Below the pieces are notes generated by a model. It made no database searches, was not told the origin of the DNA, and saw only the letters and a program-made list of their open reading frames with translations. A stretch of DNA of 64,000 bases from contig CBDHGI010000006.1 in the NCBI GenBank assembly GCA_965263075.1, positions 2,790,101-2,854,100 of the forward strand. The letters are read 5' to 3'. This stretch comes from Chloroflexota bacterium (GTDB lineage: Bacteria > Chloroflexota > UBA11872). Below, piece by piece: positions 30,966 to 40,740 of this stretch. How positions within the stretch are numbered: the first letter of the stretch is position 1; every line of letters begins with the position of its first letter. The position numbers and the translations under genes are program-made.

Positions 30966-33185
30966 CTATCCCTCGGCTGCTGCTCCTGGCGCCGCGACGG
31001 TGCGCCATTGTGAGACTTGGCCAGTCGAGCTGATCGCGGCGACGAGCCAGGCGCCTCCTGGCTGGGAAGCGTCGGCGGCAGCGATGTGGGTCTGGTGCAA
31101 CCCGGATGCGTGGCCCATTTCGGGTAGAAGACGGCGGGCGGCCCCACCGCCGTCTACGGCAGCCCAGACCTCGGCGATCGCACCGGCGCTGCCGGTTCCC
31201 AGTCGGTGAACCCCGTTGCCATCATCGACCGCGAAGCTTGAAGCGAGCAGGGGCCTGTGCTGGGTGGGCGGCGTCTGAAGCACGAACGTCGCGGTGTGGC
31301 CAGTAGGTGAGGCCCGGTGGCTCGTCGGCGCGTAGGCGACCCCGTGATCCGGATGTAGCGCGATGAGCCGCATCGCGGCCGCGGTTGCCCCGGCCAGAGG
31401 GTCGGGCACGTTCATCTGAAAGTGCCCGGCGTCGTCAGTCCGCGCCGCCTTGCCGGAATCGGCGCCGGCGGCGATCACCAGAGCCCCAGACACCGGAGCG
31501 CCTGTGCGGTCATGGACGTGTCCCGTCAGCGCGTGGCCGCCATCTCGCCAGCCGGAAAGAAAATGGGCAAGGTCCAGACGGTCGCGAGGCGTGAGGTGTG
31601 CTCCTGCGTGTGAGGCGTCGATCGTCGGTCGCGAGGTCCCGGCCAACCCCGGCGCATGGGCGCCTGCCGGGGTGACGCCGTGGCACGACGCGCACTGTGC
31701 GTGGTAGGTCTGGCGGCCGCGCTGGACGGTCGGCAACGCGGGGAGCCCGGACAGCGAGCCATCGATCACCGCCAGTCCGTAGCCGGGAAGGCTGAGGCTG
31801 ACGCCGTCGAACCAGGCCGAGGTCCACGGCGCGTTGCCACTCACCGTGGCCGCGCGCGCTGGTGGCAGGCCGGCCAGACGCAGCGTGCGCGGTTCCGGCG
31901 ACAAGTTCACCACGGCCGCGCGCGGTCCCTGCTCGGTGTTCACCACCAAGGCGTCCAGGTCCGTCCCGCCGACGCTCACGCGCACCAAACGGCCGGATCC
32001 CGTGACGAAACGCCGCATGAGTTGCATGACGCCGAACGCCGGTGTCGGCGGGTCGGCAAGCGTGCTGGACCACAGCCCAAAGTCGGGTTCGCCTCGCGGT
32101 GATCGTCCTGATGGGTCACGGGCGCCTTTGTAGACCAGCAGGCCGCTGGCGCCCTGGCGCACCGCGCGCAGGGTGGCCGAGGCCAGGAACGCGCCGTTGA
32201 CCGGCGCGTGCACGAGCGGATCGACGGCCAAATCGCCGCTGAAATTGATTTCCTCCACGTAGTGGGGCCGGCCGGCCGCAATCCTTGAGATCACGCGCGT
32301 ACGTTCTTCAAACCACGCCAGTCGCGTGCGCAGGACGTCAGCGGGGGTCGTCTCGCCGATCTGGTACATGCCGTACCAGTGCCAGGTCAGAAAGTCGTGG
32401 AAACTCGCCGTGTCCACGGCCCGCAGGTAGGCCGACCAGTCCAGGTCCGGAGCAGCACCGCAGACTCGGCTACCGTCTGGATTCAGCGTGGCGCCGGTGT
32501 CGATCACGTCCAGCGAAGGGCCGCCGAGGGCCACGACGCCAGATCCGAAGCGGTCAGCCACAGCGGCTCGCGCCGTGGCGTAGATCACGGCGTAGGCCGC
32601 TCCGTTGCCGCAGGCATAGTGCTGTCCGGCGTTCTGGTGATTATTTGGCTCGTTCCAGATCGTGTACGGCCAGGTCAGGGCGACTGGCCCGAAGTGGTTA
32701 CGTAGGCGCTCGATGGCAGCGGCAACATAGGTCGCGTAGCCGGCAATCCCGTCAGCGTTGAAGCGTTCGCTCTCGTGCTGCGAGCTCGGACTCCCGTCGG
32801 CGGCTGTTACCCAGGACGGCGCGGCCACGAAGCTCACCAACGGCGTGGCGCCGGCGTCCAGCACGCGTTGCACGAAGGCGGTGAGGAGATTCCAGTCCAT
32901 GTCGCCGTCGCCGACTGCCGCGCCCAGGAAGCGGTGGCCGAGCCAGACGCGTACGAGGTCGGCTCCAAACTGGCTGGCACGGTCGATCCCCCCGTCGCGG
33001 TAGAGATCGACGATCTCGTTCGTGCCCAGCTTGAAGTCGAGCGTTTGTGCGAAGCCAGTCGAGGGCTGGTCGAGATGAACCACGATTTCCGGCACATCCG
33101 AACCGCCAAGCGCCACAATGACCAGCAGCAGGGCGACTGCGAGCCGGGCCGCTCGGCACCAGCGTTTTGGCAGGCTGCCGCCCAC
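30966..33185 (-). CDS. Secreted multidomain protein: glycoside hydrolase (clan GH-A) + c-type cytochrome domain + carboxypeptidase-regulatory-like domain
   Basis: 739 aa. Signal peptide (AVALLLVIVALGGS). IWNEPNN motif (clan GH-A acid/base Glu). CASCHG heme-binding CXXCH motif around residue 460. A later beta-sandwich segment (GHVHDRTGAPVSGALVIAAG...TDDAGHFQM). Confidence 0.6.
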   Translation of the reverse strand: MGGSLPKRWCRAARLAVALLLVIVALGGSDVPEIVVHLDQPSTGFAQTLDFKLGTNEIVDLYRDGGIDRASQFGADLVRVWLGHRFLGAAVGDGDMDWNLLTAFVQRVLDAGATPLVSFVAAPSWVTAADGSPSSQHESERFNADGIAGYATYVAAAIERLRNHFGPVALTWPYTIWNEPNNHQNAGQHYACGNGAAYAVIYATARAAVADRFGSGVVALGGPSLDVIDTGATLNPDGSRVCGAAPDLDWSAYLRAVDTASFHDFLTWHWYGMYQIGETTPADVLRTRLAWFEERTRVISRIAAGRPHYVEEINFSGDLAVDPLVHAPVNGAFLASATLRAVRQGASGLLVYKGARDPSGRSPRGEPDFGLWSSTLADPPTPAFGVMQLMRRFVTGSGRLVRVSVGGTDLDALVVNTEQGPRAAVVNLSPEPRTLRLAGLPPARAATVSGNAPWTSAWFDGVSLSLPGYGLAVIDGSLSGLPALPTVQRGRQTYHAQCASCHGVTPAGAHAPGLAGTSRPTIDASHAGAHLTPRDRLDLAHFLSGWRDGGHALTGHVHDRTGAPVSGALVIAAGADSGKAARTDDAGHFQMNVPDPLAGATAAAMRLIALHPDHGVAYAPTSHRASPTGHTATFVLQTPPTQHRPLLASSFAVDDGNGVHRLGTGSAGAIAEVWAAVDGGGAARRLLPEMGHASGLHQTHIAAADASQPGGAWLVAAISSTGQVSQWRTVAAPGAAAEG

Positions 33186-33190
33186 CGAGG

Positions 33191-34195
33191 TCAGGTTCGA
33201 CTAACGACTTCGCGCTGCCCAGAGGCAGCTGACAGCCGAATTGCCGCCAGGACCTCCAGCAGATGGACGCTGTCTTCCGGCGGTGACTCGTTGGCGACGT
33301 CGCCGCTGATAACCGCCAGGAAGTGGTCGTCAGGATTGCTGCCGCCCGACAGCCCTTCGACTTCGCGCGTCGCCTTGGCCTCGAGGTCGTCCTCCAGGAT
33401 GGCTTCCACGCCGCCGGACGCCCAGTCGGCGCGAATCGCGCCGTTGCCGGCCACTACCGCCAGCCGTTCCCCGAAGGTATGACCGGTTCCGATGATCGAC
33501 AGCGTGCCGATGGCCCCGTTTTCGAAGAGCAGCACGGCTGCGCCGTCCACCTCGACCTCTAACTCGTAGGTGCGCATGCGCGCGTCCACTTCAACGATGC
33601 GCAGCCCGGTGGTCCAGAGCAGCATGTCCATGAGGTGGCTGCCGGAGTCGCTGAGCTGACCGCCGCCGCCCAGGGCCAGCGTGCCGCGCCACGTTCCCGC
33701 GGCGTTTGCGACCCAGGCCTGCCATTGACTGGCCTGCACATGGGTGATCTTGCCCATGTCGCCGCCCTGCAGGCGCTGGCGCATGTAGGTGTAGCCGGGG
33801 CTGAATCGCCGCTGAAAGCCGACGACCACATGGCGGTCAAGGGCCCTGGCGTGGTCGGTGATTTCCTGCGCCAGTTCTGGTGTGTGCGCCAAGGGCTTTT
33901 CGCACAGCACATGCGCTCCGGCGTTCAAGGCGCCCATGACATGCTCGTGATGCAGTGTGTGGGGCGTAGCAACCAGTGCCGCGTCCAGGTCGGCGGCTGC
34001 CAGGAGATCGCGCCAATCGGCGTAGGCCGGGATTGCGTCGAGGCCCTCCACACGCGAGCGTACGCGCGCGATGGACGCGTCAGAGGGGTCCGCCATGCCG
34101 ACAACCTCGACCTCGGGCATCGCGAGGAATCGCCCCAGGTGACCCGCGGACATGCCGCCAACGCCAATGGCGCCCAGTCGGTATGGCATAGACAT
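33191..34195 (-). CDS. Gfo/Idh/MocA family NAD(P)-dependent oxidoreductase
   Basis: 334 aa. Rossmann N-terminus (LGAIGVGGMSAGHL) and the EKP motif (VLCEKPLA). Confidence 0.85.
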   Translation of the reverse strand: MSMPYRLGAIGVGGMSAGHLGRFLAMPEVEVVGMADPSDASIARVRSRVEGLDAIPAYADWRDLLAAADLDAALVATPHTLHHEHVMGALNAGAHVLCEKPLAHTPELAQEITDHARALDRHVVVGFQRRFSPGYTYMRQRLQGGDMGKITHVQASQWQAWVANAAGTWRGTLALGGGGQLSDSGSHLMDMLLWTTGLRIVEVDARMRTYELEVEVDGAAVLLFENGAIGTLSIIGTGHTFGERLAVVAGNGAIRADWASGGVEAILEDDLEAKATREVEGLSGGSNPDDHFLAVISGDVANESPPEDSVHLLEVLAAIRLSAASGQREVVSRT

Positions 34196-34260
34196 CGTGC
34201 TCTGTGCGTAGACGGGCGGAAGTCTACGTCAACCCGCCAGGCCGAAGCGCGGCCACGAGC

Positions 34261-34563
34261 TTATGCGTCGCGGGTTGTGGGGTCTCCAGGAGCGAATTGA
34301 CCGCCGTAGGGCAGCGGGAGGCGCTGCACGGTCTCGCGAAACGTCCCTCGTCCCTTCAGGAGGCCGTGCACGTCCCAGCCTTGGGATTCCAGTTGTTCCA
34401 GCACGTAGGCCAGTTCGTAGCGGTCGCCGGTTTCGTCGTCGATAAACGCGTCGGTCCAGCCCAGCTGGTACCGCGGCACAGGAAACGTGCCCTCGCCGTT
34501 GCGGCGCGGAATCTGAAACCGAAACTCGGATACACGGATGTGGCGACGGGGCTCGCTGCTCAT
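34261..34563 (-). CDS. Hypothetical protein
   Basis: About 100 aa ORF (start MSSEPRRHIRV) in the correct orientation inside a minus-strand gene cluster. No recognisable family. Confidence 0.35.
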   Translation of the reverse strand: MSSEPRRHIRVSEFRFQIPRRNGEGTFPVPRYQLGWTDAFIDDETGDRYELAYVLEQLESQGWDVHGLLKGRGTFRETVQRLPLPYGGQFAPGDPTTRDA

Positions 34564-34636
34564 ATAGGTTTCGGGTGATGGGCACGAAATGCCCGTACGG
34601 CTTGAAACCGATTGTGGAGAGCGCACTGGCTATGTG

Positions 34637-35445
34637 TCAACGGGCAAGCGTGCGGCCAACAACGATCAAGTTTGGCGAGTCGTCACGCCAGGGTTGACGC
34701 GAATAGCCGCCGTAGACCGCATCGATCTGCAGGCCGGCCTCCACGAATTCGGCTACGACCTCGTCCCGCGTCAGCAGTGCCAGGCTGTAACCGAGCCGCC
34801 GCTCATCGACGAGAGCGGGACCGTCAAAAAAGCGGTAGATGAGCGTGCTGCATCCGCGGTGCGCGTCGGCGTCGTACGTGTAGTAGCGCTCGCGGGTGAT
34901 GCGCCGACCGGTGGAGGGGTCGGGCTCCAGAAACTCGACCTCTTCGTGGTCCGGAGTGGAGTCGAGGGGCGTAGCGGAGAAGACGTCCACGGCCACGCCG
35001 CCACCGGGCCGTACGTGAGCGGTGGCGTTGCGCAGGGTGTGCCGCGGGCAACCCGGTCCGGTAGCAGCAGGTAGGAGTTGAAGCCCACGAACGCCAAGTC
35101 GTAGGTCTTCGGCAACTGACAGGTGCGCATGTCCCCGCGTTGCAGGCTAAGGCGCGTCTGGGTTGCCCGAGACATTGCGGCGCGGCGTGCCGACGCTCGC
35201 GTCAGCATGGCCGCCGAGGTGTCCACGCCGGAGACCTGGAACCCCTGGCGGGCCAGCGGCCCGGCGATGCGGCCGCTTCCCACCGCGAACTCCAGCAACC
35301 GCGGCCCGAAGCGACGGCCCTCGCCAATCCAGAAGTCAAGCTCCGCTCCCTCGCAGTCCGGGTATTCCAGGTCGTACACCTGCGCGGCCGGGTCGTAGCC
35401 CGTCTCCCGGAACGGCGGGGGCGTGACCAGGTGCAGCTTGTTCAT
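34637..35445 (-). pseudogene. Class I SAM-dependent methyltransferase disrupted by a frameshift (or a sequencing error)
   Basis: The N-terminal part (35445..~35040; MNKLHLV...LEFAVGSGRIAGPLARQGFQVSGVDTS...FVGFNSYLLLPD) and the C-terminal part (…HTLRNATAHVRPGGGVAVDVFS... to 34637) are in different frames. The change of frame lies in the GC-rich run around 35010..35040. Confidence 0.5.
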
Positions 35446-35473
35446 TCCGCGGTTGGCTGGCGGCCCGACGGCA

Positions 35474-36181
35474 TCAGACCGCGCCGGCGTAGTTCAAGGG
35501 GGCTTCGGCGAGTTCTGTCTCGAGGTTGGCGTGGTCCTTGACGCTGTCCATGCCCCGCCAGCGCGCCGCCGATTGGAAGGCACCCAAGCGGCCCGCGGCC
35601 GCCAGTTCCGGGAAGGTGCTGTCCTCGTGGTCGCCGATCTCAGGCAGTAGATCCTCGAACGTCCGGTCCAGCACATAAACGCCGCCGTTGATCCAGTGCG
35701 GCAGCACGGGATTGGTTGTGAAGCGGCTGACTTTGCGACCGTCCACTTCCACGATGCCGTACTGGCTGACGTATGGGGTCAGCAGGATGGTGGCCAGGTT
35801 TTCGTCGGCCCGATGCTGGTCAAACATGGGGGCGAGCCGCTGTTCCGTGAGAATGTCCGCGTTGGACGCCATGACGATGGGCTCGTCACGCGGAACCTGC
35901 TGCATGCCCAGCCGCAGGCCGCCGCCGCGGCCCATCGGCGTCTCCTCGACCGCGTAGCTGAAGCTGGCGCCGAGGGCGGAGCCATCACCAAAGTGGTCTT
36001 CAATCACCTCGTGCAGGTAGCCGCACGAGATGACGAAGTGATCGACCCCCTGCGCCTGATACCACTCGACCTGGTGCTGCATGATCGGTTTGCCGGCGAT
36101 GGCAACCATGGGCTTGGGCACGTTGGCGGTCAGTGGCCGCAACCGCTCACCGCGGCCTCCGGCAATCAGAACGGCGTACAC
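35474..36181 (-). CDS. Sugar-phosphate nucleotidyltransferase (NTP_transferase family)
   Basis: 235 aa. MYAVLIAGGRGERLRPLT...KPM motif of the glucose/mannose-1-phosphate nucleotidyltransferase family. Confidence 0.8.
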   Translation of the reverse strand: MYAVLIAGGRGERLRPLTANVPKPMVAIAGKPIMQHQVEWYQAQGVDHFVISCGYLHEVIEDHFGDGSALGASFSYAVEETPMGRGGGLRLGMQQVPRDEPIVMASNADILTEQRLAPMFDQHRADENLATILLTPYVSQYGIVEVDGRKVSRFTTNPVLPHWINGGVYVLDRTFEDLLPEIGDHEDSTFPELAAAGRLGAFQSAARWRGMDSVKDHANLETELAEAPLNYAGAV

Positions 36182-36287
36182 GCAGCAGACCTCCAGGGCG
36201 TCACGGGCCCCTAGCGCCGCGACGGGCGATTATAGAGACGGCGCAGGGTCAGATCCGGGGGTGGCCAGGTGGGCGCGGTGTGTTCGG

Positions 36288-36665
36288 TCACCGACTGCTG
36301 TCCGGTTCGAGCGAGCTGCGCAGCTCGATGACGTTGCCATCCGGGTCGCGAAGGTAGAGGGACCGTCCCTCCAGGTCTTCGGTTGGTCCTTCAACGACCG
36401 ATCCGGCGGCGGCGATGACGGCGGCGGCGCGCTCGAACTCCGATTCGTCCAGCGCCAGCGCCACGTGCTGCACCCCAAGCCGCCGCCAGTCGCGGACTTC
36501 CGCCGAGGGCCGCAGCTCAGGGGCCTGGAACAAATGCAGCGAAAACTGGTGCGAATCCAGCACCTGTCGAAACGTTGAACGCGGTCCCCGCGTCAGGCTG
36601 AGCACGCGTGTGTAGAACGCGGTGCTCCGATCGAGGTCGCGCACGTTGATCGCGACATGATCCAT
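36288..36665 (-). CDS. VOC family protein (glyoxalase/bleomycin-resistance fold)
   Basis: Start MDHVAINVRDLDRSTAFY (ATG at 36665). Ends ...DPDGNVIEL. The long upstream extension of the ORF is discarded. Confidence 0.75.
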   Translation of the reverse strand: MDHVAINVRDLDRSTAFYTRVLSLTRGPRSTFRQVLDSHQFSLHLFQAPELRPSAEVRDWRRLGVQHVALALDESEFERAAAVIAAAGSVVEGPTEDLEGRSLYLRDPDGNVIELRSSLEPDSSR

Positions 36666-36913
36666 GCGCTTGGCCCTAAGCCCGCGCGGTCCGACCGGCT
36701 CCCGTGACATTGGCGCTTTGCTGCGGCGGCTGGCCGAGGGTATCGCGCTCGGGCTATGGCGTGCTGACCGCGACGTGCCCTGCGGGCATGAGAAAGGCTC
36801 GATTCCCACCGACCCACAAGATGTAGGCATCTTTTGCAGCCTGTTGTGTTGACATACTAGATGCAGTGGGTGAGTGATATGATTCGCGTCCAACCCAGAG
36901 GTGAGGGCGCAGG

Positions 36914-37558
36914 ATGCGATGTCCAGCCTGCACGTCGTCGCGGCTGCAGGTGGTGGATACGCGCGAGGCCGCGGATGCGACGCGTCGCCGGCGCGCCTGC
37001 CAGGAATGCGGCCATCGGTTCACCACCTACGAGCGTCGCGACGCTTACCAGTGTCCGCACTGTGGTCACGACGAGGCCCGCGTCGAGTCGTCGGAAGTTA
37101 CGGCCCAGCGAGCCTTGCGTCGCCACCGCCGCTGCGCTGATTGCGGTCGGGGGTACCAGACGCTGGAGCGGCTGGCGCGGATGGACATCCGCGTGCTCAA
37201 GGCCGACGGGCGAAGCGAGGTATTCAACTGGGGCAAGCTCTACCGCTCGATCATGATCGCCGGGACGAAGCGTCCGATCAGCAGCGCCTGGGCTGAAGCC
37301 ACGGCCATTCAGATCGAGAACGAACTGCTGAGGCGCGACGCACTGGACGTAGCCTCCAAGCAGATCGCCAACATGGTGATGGAGCGCCTGGTGACGCTCG
37401 ACGAAGTGGCCTATGTGCGCTATGCATCAAGTTACTTCGGCGAAGGCGGCATCCCGGAGATGCTGGACACGATTAACGAGAGCCGGCGCCGGCGTGAACG
37501 AACCGAAGTCGAGCGAACCAATCTACCGCTGGTACCGGCAGACACCGACGACTCTTAA
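36914..37558 (+). CDS. nrdR: Transcriptional repressor NrdR, with an internally duplicated zinc-ribbon
   Basis: MRCPACTSS...RRRRACQECGHRFTTYER is followed by a second copy (QCPHCGHD...RRHRRCADCGRGYQTLER), then the ATP-cone (...KRPISS...VAYVRYASSY). Confidence 0.85.
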   Translation: MRCPACTSSRLQVVDTREAADATRRRRACQECGHRFTTYERRDAYQCPHCGHDEARVESSEVTAQRALRRHRRCADCGRGYQTLERLARMDIRVLKADGRSEVFNWGKLYRSIMIAGTKRPISSAWAEATAIQIENELLRRDALDVASKQIANMVMERLVTLDEVAYVRYASSYFGEGGIPEMLDTINESRRRRERTEVERTNLPLVPADTDDS

Positions 37559-37579
37559 CCCGCGATCCGCGCGACGGCC

Positions 37580-38821
37580 GTGCCGTCGAGAACCGGCCGG
37601 TTGCTGTCGGCTGGTACGTACGGCGCCATGATTGCCGCACGGACGTTTATCGGGCTTGGGCTGGCTCTCGCGCTACTGGGTTACGTGTTCGGTGTCCGGG
37701 ATGAGTTGGGACCCGGGCTCCGAACGGCTTCCGCGCTGGCCTCCGTTGTTCCGGGTAATCCGCCGACGCTGCTACAGCTGCGGACGCCGCCGCGCGTGAC
37801 GACGCTGGCCTATACGACCCGCGACGGCTATGAACTGCTGGCGGATCTCTACGAACCGCAGGACGCGCGGAACGCGCCCGCGATCGTGCTCGTAAACGGA
37901 GTCGTCCCCGAGGGCCGGACGTACGAGCCGCTGGTCGGCTTCGCCGACGGACTGGCGCGGACGGGGTTCGTGGTCCTGGTGCCCGATGCGCTGGACTACG
38001 AAAACTACCGAGTGCTGCCGGAGGATATCGCCGGTCTGGTGCGCGGCTATCAGGTGCTCCAGTCCCGTCCGTCCGTGGATCCTGAGCGCGTGGGGTTCAT
38101 CGGGTTCAGTATGGGCGGGTCGCTGGCGATGGTGGCGGCGTCGGACCCAGAGATCGCGGACCGCGTGGCTCTCGTCGCAACTATCGGGGCCTACTACTCA
38201 CTGGACGCGATGCTCCGGGCCGTCACGACGTCCACGGTGCAAGTGGACGATGGCTTCCAGCCTTATCAGCCCGACTTCTACGTCTGGCTCGTCACTCGCA
38301 ACACGCTGATCTCCGCCATTCCGGAAGCCGAAGATCGCGACGCGCTGTTCCGCCTCTTCGCGCTGCAGACGCCGGATCCGGACCCAGAGGTGCTGCCCAA
38401 CTATGACCTCGCCCAGTTGGGCGCGCCGGCGCGTGGGGTGTACGCACTGTTCACCAACCGGGACCCGGCCGAGGTGACCGGACTGATGGACCGCGTGCGC
38501 AGCGCGATCCCGGGAGCGCTGGAATCGATTTCGCCCGATGCCAACATCGAGCGCCTGCGGGCGCCCGTGGCGCTGCTGCACGACCGCGGTGACCTGTACG
38601 TGCCCGCGCAGGAATCGCTGCGCATCTTTAACCGAGTGGGCGGCGAGCCCCGTGCCCAACTGGCCGTGCTGGACGTGATCCAACACGCGCAACTCTCCGC
38701 GCCGGACCTCTCGCCGCCGGTGCTGCTGGGCTCGTTCATTCCGGGTATGTGGACGCTCTGGCAGTTCACCTTTGACGCGCTGCGCCAGGTTTCAGCGGGC
38801 GCCAACCCGTATCAAGCGTAG
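37580..38821 (+). CDS. Membrane-anchored alpha/beta hydrolase (dienelactone hydrolase-like)
   Basis: N-terminal transmembrane segment, nucleophile elbow GFSMGG, 413 aa. Confidence 0.7.
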   Translation: MPSRTGRLLSAGTYGAMIAARTFIGLGLALALLGYVFGVRDELGPGLRTASALASVVPGNPPTLLQLRTPPRVTTLAYTTRDGYELLADLYEPQDARNAPAIVLVNGVVPEGRTYEPLVGFADGLARTGFVVLVPDALDYENYRVLPEDIAGLVRGYQVLQSRPSVDPERVGFIGFSMGGSLAMVAASDPEIADRVALVATIGAYYSLDAMLRAVTTSTVQVDDGFQPYQPDFYVWLVTRNTLISAIPEAEDRDALFRLFALQTPDPDPEVLPNYDLAQLGAPARGVYALFTNRDPAEVTGLMDRVRSAIPGALESISPDANIERLRAPVALLHDRGDLYVPAQESLRIFNRVGGEPRAQLAVLDVIQHAQLSAPDLSPPVLLGSFIPGMWTLWQFTFDALRQVSAGANPYQA

Positions 38822-39604
38822 GTCCACGACATCTGCCGGGGCGTTAAAGCGCAGCGGGACGCCCGCCGTGCCGACGCCGGCGGAGACGACGAGAGGGCGT
38901 CCCTGGACGTACATCAGACCGCAGGGCCGGGGCAGGCGGTGGCGCGTGCGCAGGGTGAGCGGGCCGAAGAAGGGGAGTGCAATCTGACCGCCGTGCGTGT
39001 GACCGCTGAGCGTCAGGTCCACGCGCCGCGAGCCCAGCTCAAAAGCGGTATCCGGGTTGTGCGCCGTCAGGATCGTGAAGACGTTGGCATCCAGCCCCTT
39101 GAACGCCGCATCCAGGTCGCAGAGGCCCACATGCGTGTCGCCAGCGCCGACCAGTTGAAGTCCGGCACCGTTGCTCGTCAGATGGACTGCACGGTTAGTC
39201 AACGTCTGGATGCCGTACTTGGCCAGCCCGGTTTCCATGTCGTGGAGTGGCCGCGTCTCGTGCCGTAGCCAGCGCGGAGCCTGGCCCTGCGGCTTGCCCA
39301 GCGCATCGTGGTTGCCCCAGACGGCGAACGCGCCCAGGCGCGCTTCGATCCGCGCCAGGCGCTCGCCCACGTCGGGGATGAAGCGCTCACTCTCCACCAG
39401 ATCGCCCGCCGCAATCAATAGGTCCGGTCGTGCTCCGGCCAATCCATCGAGTGCGGCCAGCGAGTGATGTGGCCGTCCGGTCACGTGGAGGTCCGAGACC
39501 AGCAGAATGCTGAGGGTCTCGATTCCCGACGGCAGCCGGGCTGCGGGAAGCCTATAGGTGGTCTTCGGGGGCGGCTTGAAGCTGGAGATATCTGGACTCA
39601 GCAA
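38792..39604 (-). CDS. Metallophosphoesterase (calcineurin-like)
   Basis: Motifs LVSDLHV...AAGDLV...GNHD...GHTHGG. The 3' end overlaps the convergent hydrolase gene by 30 nt. Confidence 0.8.
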   Translation of the reverse strand: MLSPDISSFKPPPKTTYRLPAARLPSGIETLSILLVSDLHVTGRPHHSLAALDGLAGARPDLLIAAGDLVESERFIPDVGERLARIEARLGAFAVWGNHDALGKPQGQAPRWLRHETRPLHDMETGLAKYGIQTLTNRAVHLTSNGAGLQLVGAGDTHVGLCDLDAAFKGLDANVFTILTAHNPDTAFELGSRRVDLTLSGHTHGGQIALPFFGPLTLRTRHRLPRPCGLMYVQGRPLVVSAGVGTAGVPLRFNAPADVVDLRLIRVGAR

Positions 39605-39765
39605 CTTCGCTCCAGCTGCTTTGTCTCAATAATCGAGCGTAGTTGGCGTGTGTTTCGTGACTCTGGCAACGCCCGCCGTGAGTCAGGCACCATCAGTACC
39701 AAGCCACGTTGGACGCTGTCGGACTGAATCCCGCCCATAGTTTCCTGGGCCTCGAGTGGCGGCTG

Positions 39766-40725
39766 CTAGACCGCCGGGGCGTGGTGGTGTTCGCCCATGG
39801 CGCGGAATTTGTCGTAGCGGGCGTCTACCAGCGTGTCGATGTCCTGGGCGCAGAGTTCGTCCAGCAGGGGCACCAGTTCGGCCCGGAGGTTGGCGGCGGC
39901 GGTATCGAAGTCGCGGTGGGCGCCGCCTTCAGGTTCGGGCACGACGCGGTCGATGAGGCCGGCCCGCAGCAGGTCGGGCGCGGTGAGGCGCAGGGCGGCG
40001 GCGGCTTCCTCCGCGTGGCCAGAGTCCCGCCAGATGATGGCGGCGGCGGCTTCGGGTGAGGCTACGGAGTAGATGGTGTGTTCCAGCATGAGTATCCGGT
40101 CGCCGACGCCTAGCGCCAGGGCGCCGCCGCTGCCGCCTTCGCCGATTACGGTAACGATCACGGGCGCCCGCAGCCGCGCCAGGCGGGCCATGTTTTCGGC
40201 GATGGCCCAGGACTGGCCGCGTTTCTCGTCGTCCAGCGTGGGGCTGGCGCCCGGCGTATCCAGAAAGGTCAGGACGGGCCGTCCGAACCGTTCCGCCATG
40301 TCGAACAGGCGCAGGGCTTTGCGGAAGCCCTCGGGGTGGGCCATACCGAAGTTGCGCTGGACGTTTTCGGAGGTGGTGCGGCCCTTCTGGTGACCCACCA
40401 CGATGACGCTACGGCCCTCGAACGTGGCCAGGCCGCCGACGACCGCCGCGTCGTCGCCGAAGCGGCGGTCGCCGTGGAGTTCGGTGAAATCGGAACAGAG
40501 ACGGTCGAGGTAGTCCTGGGTGTGCGGGCGCTGGGGATGCCGCGCCAATTGGACGCGCTGCCAGGGGGTGAGACGGGCAAAGATGTCAGCCGTGCGCGCC
40601 GCGAGCTCGAGCTGCAGGACAGCCAGTTCGCGCGCGACCCGGGAGCTGGGATCGGCGCTGGCGTCGCGTTCGAGTTCCGCGATGTGTTCGCGTAACTCGT
40701 CGAGGTCGCGTTCGAATTCGATCAC
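39766..40725 (-). CDS. accA: Acetyl-CoA carboxylase carboxyltransferase subunit alpha
   Basis: 319 aa, matching AccA throughout (...VIGEGGSGGALA...). Confidence 0.95.
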   Translation of the reverse strand: MIEFERDLDELREHIAELERDASADPSSRVARELAVLQLELAARTADIFARLTPWQRVQLARHPQRPHTQDYLDRLCSDFTELHGDRRFGDDAAVVGGLATFEGRSVIVVGHQKGRTTSENVQRNFGMAHPEGFRKALRLFDMAERFGRPVLTFLDTPGASPTLDDEKRGQSWAIAENMARLARLRAPVIVTVIGEGGSGGALALGVGDRILMLEHTIYSVASPEAAAAIIWRDSGHAEEAAAALRLTAPDLLRAGLIDRVVPEPEGGAHRDFDTAAANLRAELVPLLDELCAQDIDTLVDARYDKFRAMGEHHHAPAV

Positions 40726-40740
40726 GGGAACAGTCCGCGC

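Noticed and set aside
36666-36893. N-terminal 76 codons of the 36288..36893 ORF upstream of the VOC domain
   Set aside because: It has low-complexity, Ser/Arg/Pro-rich composition with no homology. The VOC domain begins at MDHVAINV.
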